Source: Eledone cirrhosa
Taxonomy: Eukaryota
Direction: 5' to 3'
DNA: 64,000 nt
NCBI GenBank assembly: GCA_964016885.1
Contig: OZ024744.1
Coordinates: 115,196,001 to 115,260,000, forward strand
Shown: piece after piece, positions 40,640-51,800 of the stretch
How the letters are laid out: each line of letters opens with the position of its first letter
Numbering within the stretch: position 1 is the stretch's first letter
The notes under the pieces: model-generated
Told to the model about the DNA's origin: nothing
The model's database searches: none
The model's input: the letters and a program-made list of their open reading frames with translations, nothing else
Program-made: the position numbers and the translations under genes

Positions 40640-41116
40640 CAGATTTGTTTCATAAATAAATATTGACATACCCGGAAAAAAGACAACCTCAACGGTTGAA
40701 ATTCACTGGATAGGGGAGATAATTGAGGGTGACACAAAGTTGTGAGTGAGTATGGAAATGAGTGTCAGAAAAATTGAAAAAAACAACGGTTTATTTAAAT
40801 TAAACTGTTGGAAGAAAATAGACCCTATTCTATCTACCTCCCTTTCAATATATCTTTTCTCTCTATCTCTATCCCTCTCAATGTTTTTCTCTTTATCTCT
40901 CTCCCTCTAAATTTTTTGTCTCTCCCTTTTACATCTATTTTCTTCTAACAGTTTAATTTAAATAAACCGTTGTTTCTTTCAATTTTTCCGACACTCATTT
41001 GCATACTCACTTACAACTTTGTATCACCCTCAATTATCTCCCCTATCCAGCGAATTTCAACCGTTGAGGTTGTCTTTTTTCCGGGTATGTCAATATTTAT
41101 TTATAAAACAAATCTG

Positions 41117-41182
41117 TATTTTATCTGATGAAAGCACACCATAATTTACCTTTGTTGCCCTTGAAATATATATAATAAAATA
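41117..41182 (+). ncRNA. Minimal type-I hammerhead ribozyme
   Basis: tattttat-CTGATGA-aag...ctt-GAAA-TATATA-TA-ataaaata; perfect 8-bp helix I, intact core. Confidence 0.75.
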
Positions 41183-41216
41183 ATTATGGTTTTATAAATA
41201 TAGTTTCCATTTATTA

Positions 41217-41276
<60 letters not shown>

Positions 41277-41679
41277 ATGTATATATATACATACATGCAC
41301 ACATATATATATATATATATATGTACGTATGGGTTTACTGAACGTTTATTATAATGCTCGGCTTGTTTGTAAACAAATAGCCCGAATTACGCCATACAAT
41401 GTTTAGCAACCATCGTCGCCTTTTTGTTCAACACTGACAAAGAAACAATGTACTAGTTTCAAGCTTATTAGTTGTCATCAGCATTGTATACCTTCCTGTC
41501 AGATTATTGAACGTTTGAAAGTATATACTTTCCTTATGCATATTAATGGCTGAGCAGCCTAATTTGCATATCGAGTAAGTTAGTCGGCTGGGCATACTAA
41601 GAATGAGAAATGAAATTTCATTTCATTCTTTTCCATTTATATATATATATATATATTGTTTTTTTTCCAGCACCCTTGT

Positions 41680-42100
41680 TTTCACCGTCATCATTTAGTG
41701 ACTATTTTCCTTGCTAAGAAGTAGAATCAGTAGTTAATGAGAACTACTTACCTCTTAATTATACAATTTCCTGCACTCTATAGTGTACCTGGGTGTTTCT
41801 GGTCAAGGCACCAACACTAGTGAGGTTGCCTTTCCTGTCACCAAACACTCTGCAGTTTGTATTAGATGTGTTTATCAAGTAGCTCACCAACAGGGTTTGT
41901 TGTGCCCATGACACAACTGGAGAGTCCTTTCAGTTATTTCTAACCATGGTTTATACAGGTGGATGCCCTTCCTGTCACCAACCACTTTACAGATTTTGCC
42001 ATGTCATATATATATAGGTTTCTCCTTACCCTTTCTGGCATGGTTTCTACAGCTGGAAGCCCTTCTTAACACTTACCACTTTACAGAGTGTGCTGGGTGT
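41680..42100 (-). mobile_element. Decayed RTE/SINE 3'-tail remnants
   Basis: ggatgcccttcctgtcaccaaccactttacag and tttctacagctggaagcccttcttaacac; a similar remnant lies at 32320-32570. Confidence 0.7.
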
Positions 42101-42215
42101 GTTTTATCACCAGGACTAGTTTCCAGCCAAACACATAGACACATATTTGTTTCCTCAAGAGATTTTGTGATATGTGATTGCAATTGTTTATTGATTTCAT
42201 TATTTAATTAATTAA

Positions 42216-42405
42216 GGGCGGTGAATTGGCAGTATCAGTAGAGGGTCGGACGCCATACTTTGACACATAGAGTTACGACCCTTGCCATTCTGAGTTCAAA
42301 TCCCGTCGAGGTTAACTTTGCCTTTCATCCTTATGGGGTCGATAAAATAAAGTACCAGTAATATACTGGGTAATTGCTGGCCTTGTGCCAAAAAGTAGAA
42401 ACAAT
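42216..42405 (+). mobile_element. SINE family B copy with TSD
   Basis: Consensus match; flanked by ttatttaattaattaa on both sides. Confidence 0.9.
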
Positions 42406-43008
42406 TATTTAATTAATTAATCTGCAAATAATTACGTATATTTTGTGATTGTATTTCATCAATTTGAAACCAACTTAGAAAAATGATTTAGCATGTCATC
42501 TTTGATTTTTCACTTAGCGAATATATATATTTGTATGTGTGTGTGTGAGTGAGTGTGTGTGTGCATGCATGCGTGTATGTGTGAGTGTGTGTGTGTATAA
42601 AACAAACTGCTATAAATTTTCAAAGACTTGACGTGAGAAACTATAAGAATCTATGTTAAGATGAAACCAACTGAAACTACACACATATTCAGTCTCCCAC
42701 CACCCTCTCTCTCTCTCTCATATCATTAGTTCAAATGTATAGTTGTTATTTTGCATGTGAGTTATTTACTGTTGCATTCTGCAATGTGACAAGCATTAGA
42801 CTGTGAGCATTTTAAAGACAACAAACAGTTACTGACACGTCTGCTTATTCTAGGTTTTTTTTTTGTCAGAAAAGGCAACACCAATAGCAATATATAAAAA
42901 CCCATGCACTTGTCTTGCACTTCCAGCAAAAAATACAGAAAACAATGAAAAGTAAAACAAAAAAGAAATTTTTGTTAAATAATCTTAGAACAAAATATAA
43001 TAATTGAA

Positions 43009-43191
43009 CCCTTTTGAAACCAAATCACCTAAAACCATCTCTGTTTCTATGATACAAAACTATTTTAAACTCTTTATATTTACCCAGACACCTTCCATCG
43101 TAATTTTATATAAGAACCTTTATTCATTATTTTCAAAATTATTTGAAAATCATAGTCATTGTCTTTCATTAAAAATATGATAATGAATGGG
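43009..43191. mobile_element. Possible old piggyBac-type MITE
   Basis: (tgaa)CCCTT ... AATGGG(ttaa) ends; degenerate. Confidence 0.4.
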
Positions 43192-44164
43192 TTAATTATT
43201 TTGAAAGTTTTAACCATGATTCAATTTTGAATGTTCTATGAGACAGAAAACTTTGGCTGCCATCATATAGTTTTGGAATAAAGGGTTGTTTTTATTATTG
43301 TTGCTGCTAATATTGTTTTTTAACCCCAACTTTGATCATGAAAATCTATAATCAATAATCAAAGTTATTCCATCTGTAGTCATCCTGGGCCAGATTTGGT
43401 TGTTAACAATGTATATGTTTCATAGATTTAAAAAGTGGTTGAAATTGGTACTATTAAAATATATCAGATTGTGGCAGAAGAAGCAGAAAGAATCAATGTC
43501 TCAGTAAAATGATTGTAAATGTCATCTAGAATATTCTAACTATGGATGATGTACCAACTCCACACCACGGACTTCATTTCCAATCTGATCTATCCCCTCC
43601 CCACTTATCTACTATAATTATTTAAACTAACATCTGTTGAAAATGAATGTATTTAAAGAGCAAAATATTAATTAAAGTAAATAAACCAAATAATAAATGA
43701 GATATTGATTAAAAACATAATTTGAAATAGATTTACTGTTTTCAGGAATGTTAATAATAATAATAATAAAAAAGATGGATGAAATAAAAATTAAAAAATA
43801 ATAATGATATGACAGAAGTTGTAAGAATTACTAAAAGTAGAGAAGATTTGTGAGTAGAAGCAAGTAGAGTGAAGTTGTGCTAGAATATATGTTGAGTGTT
43901 GATGGTGGTAAAGAAGGTGGAGAAAGAGGAGAAGAAAAACATGTTGATAATAGTAGTGGCGGTGATGGAGAATGAAGATAAACTAAGAAGGGTAAAGTGT
44001 AGAAATCTATATAGTTTTGAAATCTAGGAGCAAAATATCTTATATATATTAAAGTATGGGGTTAACTGAACAGGGATGTGTGGACCACATTATGGTCTGT
44101 TGGTTGTGAAACAGATAAAAAGAAGCACTCAACAACCTGTATAAATGGTACAAGACGGAGCATT

Positions 44165-44627
44165 ATATATTAATAAAAGATCAGAGGCTATATTCAGTTA
44201 ATTCCAGTTTATCTAAAACTCTGCTATACATATTACACTGAGGACTATCAGTTAAGATAGCCTGAGCTTTTCAGACGGCAAAACCTAAAATAAACATTGA
44301 AAGTTCCTTAGAAACCTTTAAATTTGGAAAAATTCAATAATTTTCTCTTTATGAGACAGGGACCAGCAGAAAGTATGTTGTTTCTTCTGCAGGAACCAGT
44401 TTTAGAAGAAACAACACACTTTCTGCTGGTCCCTTTTTCATAAGGAGAAAATTATTGAATTTTTCCAAATTTAAAGGTTTCTAAGGAACTTTCAATGTTT
44501 ATTTTAGGTTTTGCTGACTAAATAGCTCAGGTTATCTTAACTGATAGTCCTCAGTGAAATATGTATAGCAGAGTTTTAAATAAACTGGAATTAACTGAAT
44601 ATAGCCTCTGATCTTTTATTAATATAT
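44165..44627. mobile_element. Fold-back element: ~224-bp arms, 15-nt loop, decayed hammerhead-like motif per arm
   Basis: attaataaaagatcagaggctatattcag.. mirrors ..ctgaatatagcctctgatcttttattaat; loop at 44389-44403. Confidence 0.93.
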
Positions 44628-44834
44628 GTATACACACATAAATATAGTGGTAAGAAACTCTCAGCGAGTGTTTTGGGCCTTAATTCCTTACACTCTAAGG
44701 GAGCCAGGCTGTCCATGTCATGATACCTGGATGTCCTTCTGCTGATATTTAGTCATATATATATATATATATATATATACACTGTAGTATAAGTTTGATA
44801 TAAATATCCAAGGGTAAGAGCACTCAGTCCATAG

Positions 44835-45049
44835 GTTAAGTATAATTAGTTACAACAGTGATATATATACAGGTACTTAAGTTTCGTTGGATAATACTCC
44901 CCAACTCATTCAGCCTGTTATATAATTAAAAGTGTGTGGGAAACCATTTTTAATTACATAACAGACTGAAAGGGTTGGGGAGAGTATAACCCGAACGAAA
45001 CTTAAGTACCTGTATATATATATCACTGTTGTAACTAATTATACTTAAC
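44835..45049. mobile_element. Fold-back element: ~100-bp arms, hammerhead per arm
   Basis: gttaagtataattagttacaacagtgata.. mirrors ..tatcactgttgtaactaattatacttaac. Confidence 0.92.
44869..44918 (-). ncRNA. Minimal hammerhead with 8-nt core CUGAAUGA
   Basis: Minus strand: acagg-CTGAATGA-gttgg(10 nt)ccaac-GAAA-CTTAAG-TA-cctgt; helices I and II are perfect and helix III is the palindrome ACTTAAGT; a more decayed mirror copy lies at 44961-45013. Confidence 0.7.
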
Positions 45050-45119
45050 TACCTGTATATATCACTACTCTAACTAATTATATATACACACACATGCACA
45101 CGTGTGTGTGTGTATATAT

Positions 45120-45870
45120 GGAGAGAGAGAGAGAGAGAGAGTGAGAGAGAGTGAGAGAGAGAGAGAGTGAGAGAGTGAGAGAGTGAGAGAGAGAGAGAGA
45201 GAGAGCGCGAAACTTTAAAAGTGTAATTTAAAAAATGATTAAAGCAAATGATGAAAGGAGAGAAAGTAATTTTCTACATTAGTGAGGAAGCAGGATAGCT
45301 TTATATATCTAAACTGTAGCATGTGAGAGAGAGAGAGGGGGGGGGGTGAGTGAGAGAGAGTGGTGAGAGAGAGTGGTGAGAGAGAGAGAGGGGGGAGATG
45401 TGAGTGAGAGAGAGTGGTGAGAGAGAGAGAGGGGGGTATGAGAGAGAGAGAGGGGGGAGATGTGAGTGAGAGAGAGTGGTGAGAGAGAGAGAGAGAGAGG
45501 GGTATGAGAGAGAGAGAGAGAATGAGATGAGAGACGGAGGGAGGGGGGAGATGTGAGAGAGAGGAGGGAGTGAGAGAGATGTGAGAGAGAGAGGAGGATG
45601 AGAGAGAGAGGGATGTAAGAGAGAGAGAGAGAGGGGGATGACAGAGAGAGAGAGAGGGGGATGACAGAGAGAGAGAGGGGGGAAGATGAAAGAGAGAGAG
45701 AATGTGCGGATGAAAGAGAGAGATAGATAGAGAGAAAGAGATGTGAGAGGGAGAGAGGGATGAGAGACAGAGGGGGTAGAGAGAGGGGGAGAGAAAATGA
45801 GAGAGAGGGGTTGAGAGAGAAAGAGAAAGAGAGGAGAGAAGGGGTTAGAGGGATGAGTTTGAGAGACAGA
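45120..45870. repeat. GA-rich low-complexity polypurine tract
   Basis: Direct reading. Confidence 0.95.
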
Positions 45871-45874
45871 TGTA

Positions 45875-48800
45875 TATATGTGTATGTTTGTGTATGTATG
45901 TTTGTGTGTGTATGTTTGTGTGTGTATGCTTGTGTGTATGTTTGTGTGTGTATGTTTGTGTGTGTATGTTTGTGTGTGTACGTTTGTGTGTGTATGTTTG
46001 TGTGTGTATGTTTGTGTATGTATGCTTGTGTGTGTATGTTTGTGTATGTATGTTTGTGTGTGTATGTTTGTGTGTGTATGTTTGTGTGTGTGTGTTTGTG
46101 TGTGTATGTTTGTGTATGTATGCTTGTGTGTGTATGTTTGTGTATGTATGTTTGTGTGTGTATGTTTGTGTGTGTATGTTTGTGTGTGTATGTTTGTGTG
46201 TGTATGTTTGTGTGTGTATGTTTGTGTGTGTATGTTTGTGTGTGTATGTTTGTGTATGTATGCTTGTGTGTGTATGTTTGTGTATGTATGTTTGTGTGTG
46301 TATGTTTGTGTGTGTATGTTTGTGTGTGTATGTTTGTGTGTCTATGCTTGTGTGTGTATGTTTGTGTATGTATGTTTGTGTGTGTATGTTTGTGTGTGTA
46401 TGTTTGTGTGTGTATGTTTGTGTGTGTATGTTTGTGTATGTATGCTTGTATGTGTATGTTTGTGTATGTATGTTTGTGTGTGTATGTTTGTGTGTGTATG
46501 TTTGTGTGTCTATGCTTGTGTGTGTATGTTTGTGTATGTATGCTTGTGTATGCATGTTTGTGTGTGTATGCTTGTGTATGCATGTTTGTGTATGTATGTT
46601 TGTGTGTGTATGTTTGTGTATGTATGTTTGTGTGTGTATGTTTGTGTATGTATGTTTGTGTGTGTATGTTTGTGTGTGTATGTTTGTGTGTGTGTTTGTG
46701 TGTGTATGTTTGTGTGTGTATGTTTGTGTATGTATGCTTGTGTGTGTATGTTTGTGTATGTATGTTTGTGTGTGTATGTTTGTGTGTGTATGTTTGTGTG
46801 TGTATGTTTGTGTGTGTATGTTTGTGTGTATGTTTGTGTATGTATGCTTGTGTGTGTATGTTTGTGTATGTATGTTTGTGTGTGTATGTTTGTGTGTGTA
46901 TGTTTGTGTGTGTATGTTTGTGTGTGTACGTTTGTGTGTGTACGTTTGTGTGTGTATGTTTGTGTATGTATGCTTGTGTGTGTATGTTTGTGTTTGTATG
47001 TTTGTGTGTGTATGTTTGTGTGTGTATGTTTGTGTGTGTATGTTTGTGTATGTATGTTTGTGTGTGTATGTTTGTGTATGTATGCTTGTGTGTGTATGTT
47101 TGTGTATGTATGTTTGTGTGTGTATGTTTGTGTGTGTATGTTTGTGTGTGTATGTTTGTGTGTGTATGTTTGTGTATGTATGTTTGTGTATGTATGCTTG
47201 TGTGTGTATGTTTGTGTATGTATGTTTGTGTGTGTATGTTTGTGTGTGTATGTTTGTGTGTGTATGTTTGTGTGTCTATGCTTGTGTGTGTATGTTTGTG
47301 TATGTATGTTTGTGTGTGTATGTTTGCGTGTGTATGTTTGTGTATGTATGTTTGTGTGTGTATGTTTGTGTGTGTATGTTTGTGTGTGTACGTTTGTGTG
47401 TGTATGTTTGTGTGTGTATGTTTGTGTATGTATGCTTGTGTGTGTATGTTTGTATATGTATGTTTGTGTGTGTATGTTTGTGTGTGTATGTTTGTGTGTG
47501 TATGTTTGTGTGTGTATGTTTGTGTGTGTATGTTTGTGTATGTATGCTTGTGTGTGTATGTTTGTGTATGTATGTTTGTGTGTGTATGTTTGTGTGTGTA
47601 TGTTTGTGTGTGTATGTTTGTGTGTGTATGCTTGTGTGTGTATGTTTGTGTATGTATGTTTGTGTGTGTATGTTTGTGTGTGTATGTTTGTGTGTGTGTT
47701 TGTGTGTGTATGTTTGTGTGTGTATGTTTGTGTATGTATGCTTGTGTGTGTATGTTTGTGTATGTATGTTTGTGTGTGTATGTTTGTGTGTGTATACTTG
47801 TGTGTGTATGTTTGTGTGTGTATGTTTGTGTATGTATGTTTGTGTATGTATGTTTGTGTGTGTATGTTTGCGTGTGTATGTTTGTGTGTGTATGTTTGTG
47901 TATGTATGTTTGTGTATGTATGCTTGTGTGTGTATGTTTGTGTGTGTATGTTTGTGTGTGTATGTTTGTGTGTGTATGTTTGTGTGTGTATGTTTGTGTA
48001 TGTATGTTTGTGTGTGTGTATGCTTGTGTATGTATGCTTGTGTGTGTATGTTTGTGTCTGTATGTTTGCGTGTGTATGTTTGTGTATGTATGCTTGTGTG
48101 TGTATGTTTGTGTGTGAATACCTGTGTGTGTATGTTTGTGTATGTATGTTTGTGTGTGTATGTTTGTGTGTGTATGTTTGTGTATGTATGCTTGTGTGTG
48201 TATGTTTGTGTGTGTATGTTTGTGTATGTATGTTTGTGTGTGTATGTTTGTGTGTGTATGTTTGTGTGTCTATGCTTGTGTGTGTATGTTTGTGTATGTA
48301 TGTTTGTGTGTGTATGTTTGTGTGTGTATGTTTGTGTATGTATGCTTGTGTGTGTATGTTTGTGTATGTATGTTTGTGTGTGTATGTTTGTGTGTGTATG
48401 TTTGTGTGTCTATGCTTGTGTGTGTATGTTTGTGTATGTATGCTTGTGTATGCATGTTTGTGTGTGTATGCTTGTGTATGCATGTTTGTGTATGTATGTT
48501 TGTGTGTGTATGTTTGTGTGTGTATGTTTGTGTATGTATGCTTGTGTGTGTATGTTTGTGTGTGTATGTTTGTGTGTGTATGTTTGTGTATGTATGTTTG
48601 TGTGTGTATGTTTGTGTGTGTATGTTTGTGTATGTATGCTTGTGTGTGTATGTTTGTGTGTGTATACTTGTGTGTGTATGTTTGTGTGTGTATGTTTGTG
48701 TGTGTATACTTGTGTGTGTATGTTTGTGTGTGTATGTTTGTGTGTGTATGTTTGTGTGTGTATGTTTGTGTGTGTATGTTTGTGTATGTATGTTTGTGTG

Positions 48801-51800
48801 TGTATGTTTGTGTATGTATGTTTGTGTGTGTATGTTTGTGTGTGTATGTTTGTGTGTGTGTTTGTGTGTGTATATTTGTGTGTGTATGTTTGTGTATGTA
48901 TGCTTGTGTGTGTATGTTTGTGTATGTATGTTTGTGTGTGTATGTTTGTGTGTGTATGTTTGTGTGTGTATGTTTGTGTGTGTATGTTTGTGTGTGTATG
49001 TTTGTGTGTGTATGTTTGTGTATGTATGCTTGTGTGTGTATGTTTGTGTATGTATGTTTGTGTGTGTATGTTTGTGTGTGTATGTTTGTGTGTGTATGTT
49101 TGTGTGTCTATGCTTGTGTGTGTATGTTTGTGTATGTATGTTTGTGTGTGTATGTTTGTGTGTGTATGTTTGTGTATGTATGCTTGTGTATGTATGTTTG
49201 TGTATGTATGTTTGTGTGTGTATGTTTGTGTGTGTATGTTTGTGTGTCTATGCTTGTGTGTGTATGTTTGTGTATGTATGCTTGTGTATGCATGTTTGTG
49301 TGTGTATGCTTGTATATGCATGTTTGTGTGTGTATGTTTGTGTATGTATGTTTGTGTGTGTATGTTTGTGTATGTATGTTTGTGTGTGTATGTTTGTGTA
49401 TGTATGTTTGTGTGTGTATGTTTGTGTGTGTATGTTTGTGTGTGTACGTTTGTGTGTGTATGTTTGTGTTTGTATGTTTGTGTGTGTATGTTTGTGTGTG
49501 TATGTTTGTGTATGTATGTTTGTGTGTGTACGTTTGTGTGTGTACGTTTGTGTGTGTATGTTTGTGTGTGTATGTTTGTGTATGTATGTTTGTGTGTGTA
49601 TGTTTGTGTGTGTATACTTGTGTGTGTATGTTTGTGTGTGTATGTTTGTGTATGTATGTTTGTGTGTGTATGTTTGTGTGTGTATGTTTGCGTGTGTAAG
49701 TTTGTGTATGTATGTTTGTGTATGTATGTTTGTGTATGTATGCTTGTGTGTGTATGTTTGTGTGTGTATGTTTGTGTGTGTATGTTTGTGTATGTATGTT
49801 TGTGTGTGTATGTTTGTGTATGTATGTTTGTGTGTGTGTATGCTTGTGTATGTATGCTTGTGTGTGTATGTTTGTGTGTGTATGTTTGCGTGTGTATGTT
49901 TGTGTATGTATGTTTGTGTATGTATGCTTGTGTGTGTATGTTTGTGTGTGTATGTTTGTGTGTGTATGTTTGTGTATGTATGTTTGTGTGTGTATGTTTG
50001 TGTGTGTATGTTTGTGTATGTATGCTTGTGTGTGTATGCTTGTGTGTGTATACTTGTGTGTGTATGTTTGTGTGTGTATGTTTGTGTGTGTATGTTTGTG
50101 TGTGTATGTTTGTGTGTGTTTGTATGTGTGTGTATGCTTGTGTGTGTATATTTGTGTGTGTATGTTTGTGTATGTATGCTTGTGTGTGTATATTTGTGTG
50201 CGTATGTTTGTGTATGTATGCTTGTGTGTGTATGTTTGTGTGTGTATGTTTGTGTGTGTATGTTTGTGTATGTATGCTTGTGTGTGTATGTTTGTGTGTG
50301 AATATCTGTGTGTGTATGTTTGTGTATGTATGTTTGTGTGTGTATGTTTGTGTGTGTATGTTTGTGTGTGTATGTTTGTGTATGTATGTTTGTGTGTGTA
50401 TGTTTGTGTATGTATGTTTGTGTGTGTATGTTTGTGTGTGTATGTTTGTGTGTGTGTTTGTGTGTGTATATTTGTGTGTGTATGTTTGTGTATGTATGCT
50501 TGTGTGTGTATGTTTGTGTATGTATGTTTGTGTGTGTATGTTTGTGTGTGTATGTTTGTGTGTGTATGTTTGTGTGTGTTTGTTTGTGTGTGTATGCTTG
50601 TGTGTGTATATTTGTGTGTGTATGTTTGTGTAGGTATGCTTGTGTGTGTATGTTTGTGTGCGTATGTTTGTGTATCTATGCTTGTGTGTGTATGTTTGTG
50701 TGTGTATGTTTGTGTGTGTATGTTTGTGTATGTATCCTTGTGTGTGTATGTTTGTGTGTGTATACTTGTTTGTGTATGTTTGTGTGTGTATGTTTGTGTG
50801 TGTTTGTTTGTGTGTGTATGCTTGTGTGTGTATATTTGTGTGTGTATGTTTGTGTATGTATGCTTGTGTGTGTATGTTTGTGTGCGTATGTTTGTGTATC
50901 TATGCTTGTCTGTGTATGTTTGTGTGTGTATGTTTGTGTATGTATGTTTGTGTATCTATGTTTGTGTGTGTATGTTTGTGTATGTATGCTTGTGTATGTA
51001 TGCTTGTGTATGTATGTTTGTGTGTGTATGTTTGTGTGTGTATGTTTGTGTGTGTATATTTGTGTGTGTACGTTAGTGTGTGTAAGGTTTGTGTGTATGT
51101 TTGTGTATGTATGCTTGTGTGTGTATGATTGTGTGTGTATGATTGTGTGTGTATGTTTGTGTGTGTATGTTTGTGTGTGTATATTTGTGTGTGTATGTTT
51201 GTGTGTGTTTGTGTGTATGCTTGTGTATGTATGTGTGTGTATGTATGTTTGTGTGTGTATGATTGTGTGTGTATGTTTGTGTGTGTATGTTTGTGTATGT
51301 ATGTTTGTGTATGTATGTTTGTGTATGTATGTTTGTGTGTGTATGCTTGTGTGTGTATGCTTGTGTGTGTATGTTTGTGTGTGTATGTTTGTGTGTGTAT
51401 GCTTGTGTGTGTATGTTTGTGTATGTATGTTTGTGTGTGTATGTTTGTGTGTGTATGTTTGTGTGTGTATGCTTGTGTGTATGTTTGTGTGTGTATGTTT
51501 GTGTGTGTATGTTTGTGTGTGTATGTTTGTGTGTGTATGTTTGTGTGTGTATGTTTGTGTGTGTTTGTTTGTGTGTGTATGCTTGTGTGTGTATGTTTGT
51601 GTGTGTATGTTTGTGTGTGTATGTTTGTGTGTGTATGCTGGTGTGTGTATGTTTGTGTATGTATGCTTGTGTGTGTATGTTTGTGTATGCATGTTTGTGT
51701 GTGTATGTTTGTGTGTGTTTACTTGGGTGTGTATGTTAGTGTATGTATGTTTGTGTGTGTATGTTTGTGTGTGTATGTTTGTGTGTGTTTGTGTGTGTAT

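Larger units (their letters stand above)
40533..41223. mobile_element. Fold-back element: 290-bp inverted arms (40533-40822 / 40934-41223), 111-bp pyrimidine spacer, hammerhead in each arm
   Basis: Arms are reverse complements with only about a dozen differences; the right end runs into (TA)n. Confidence 0.93.
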
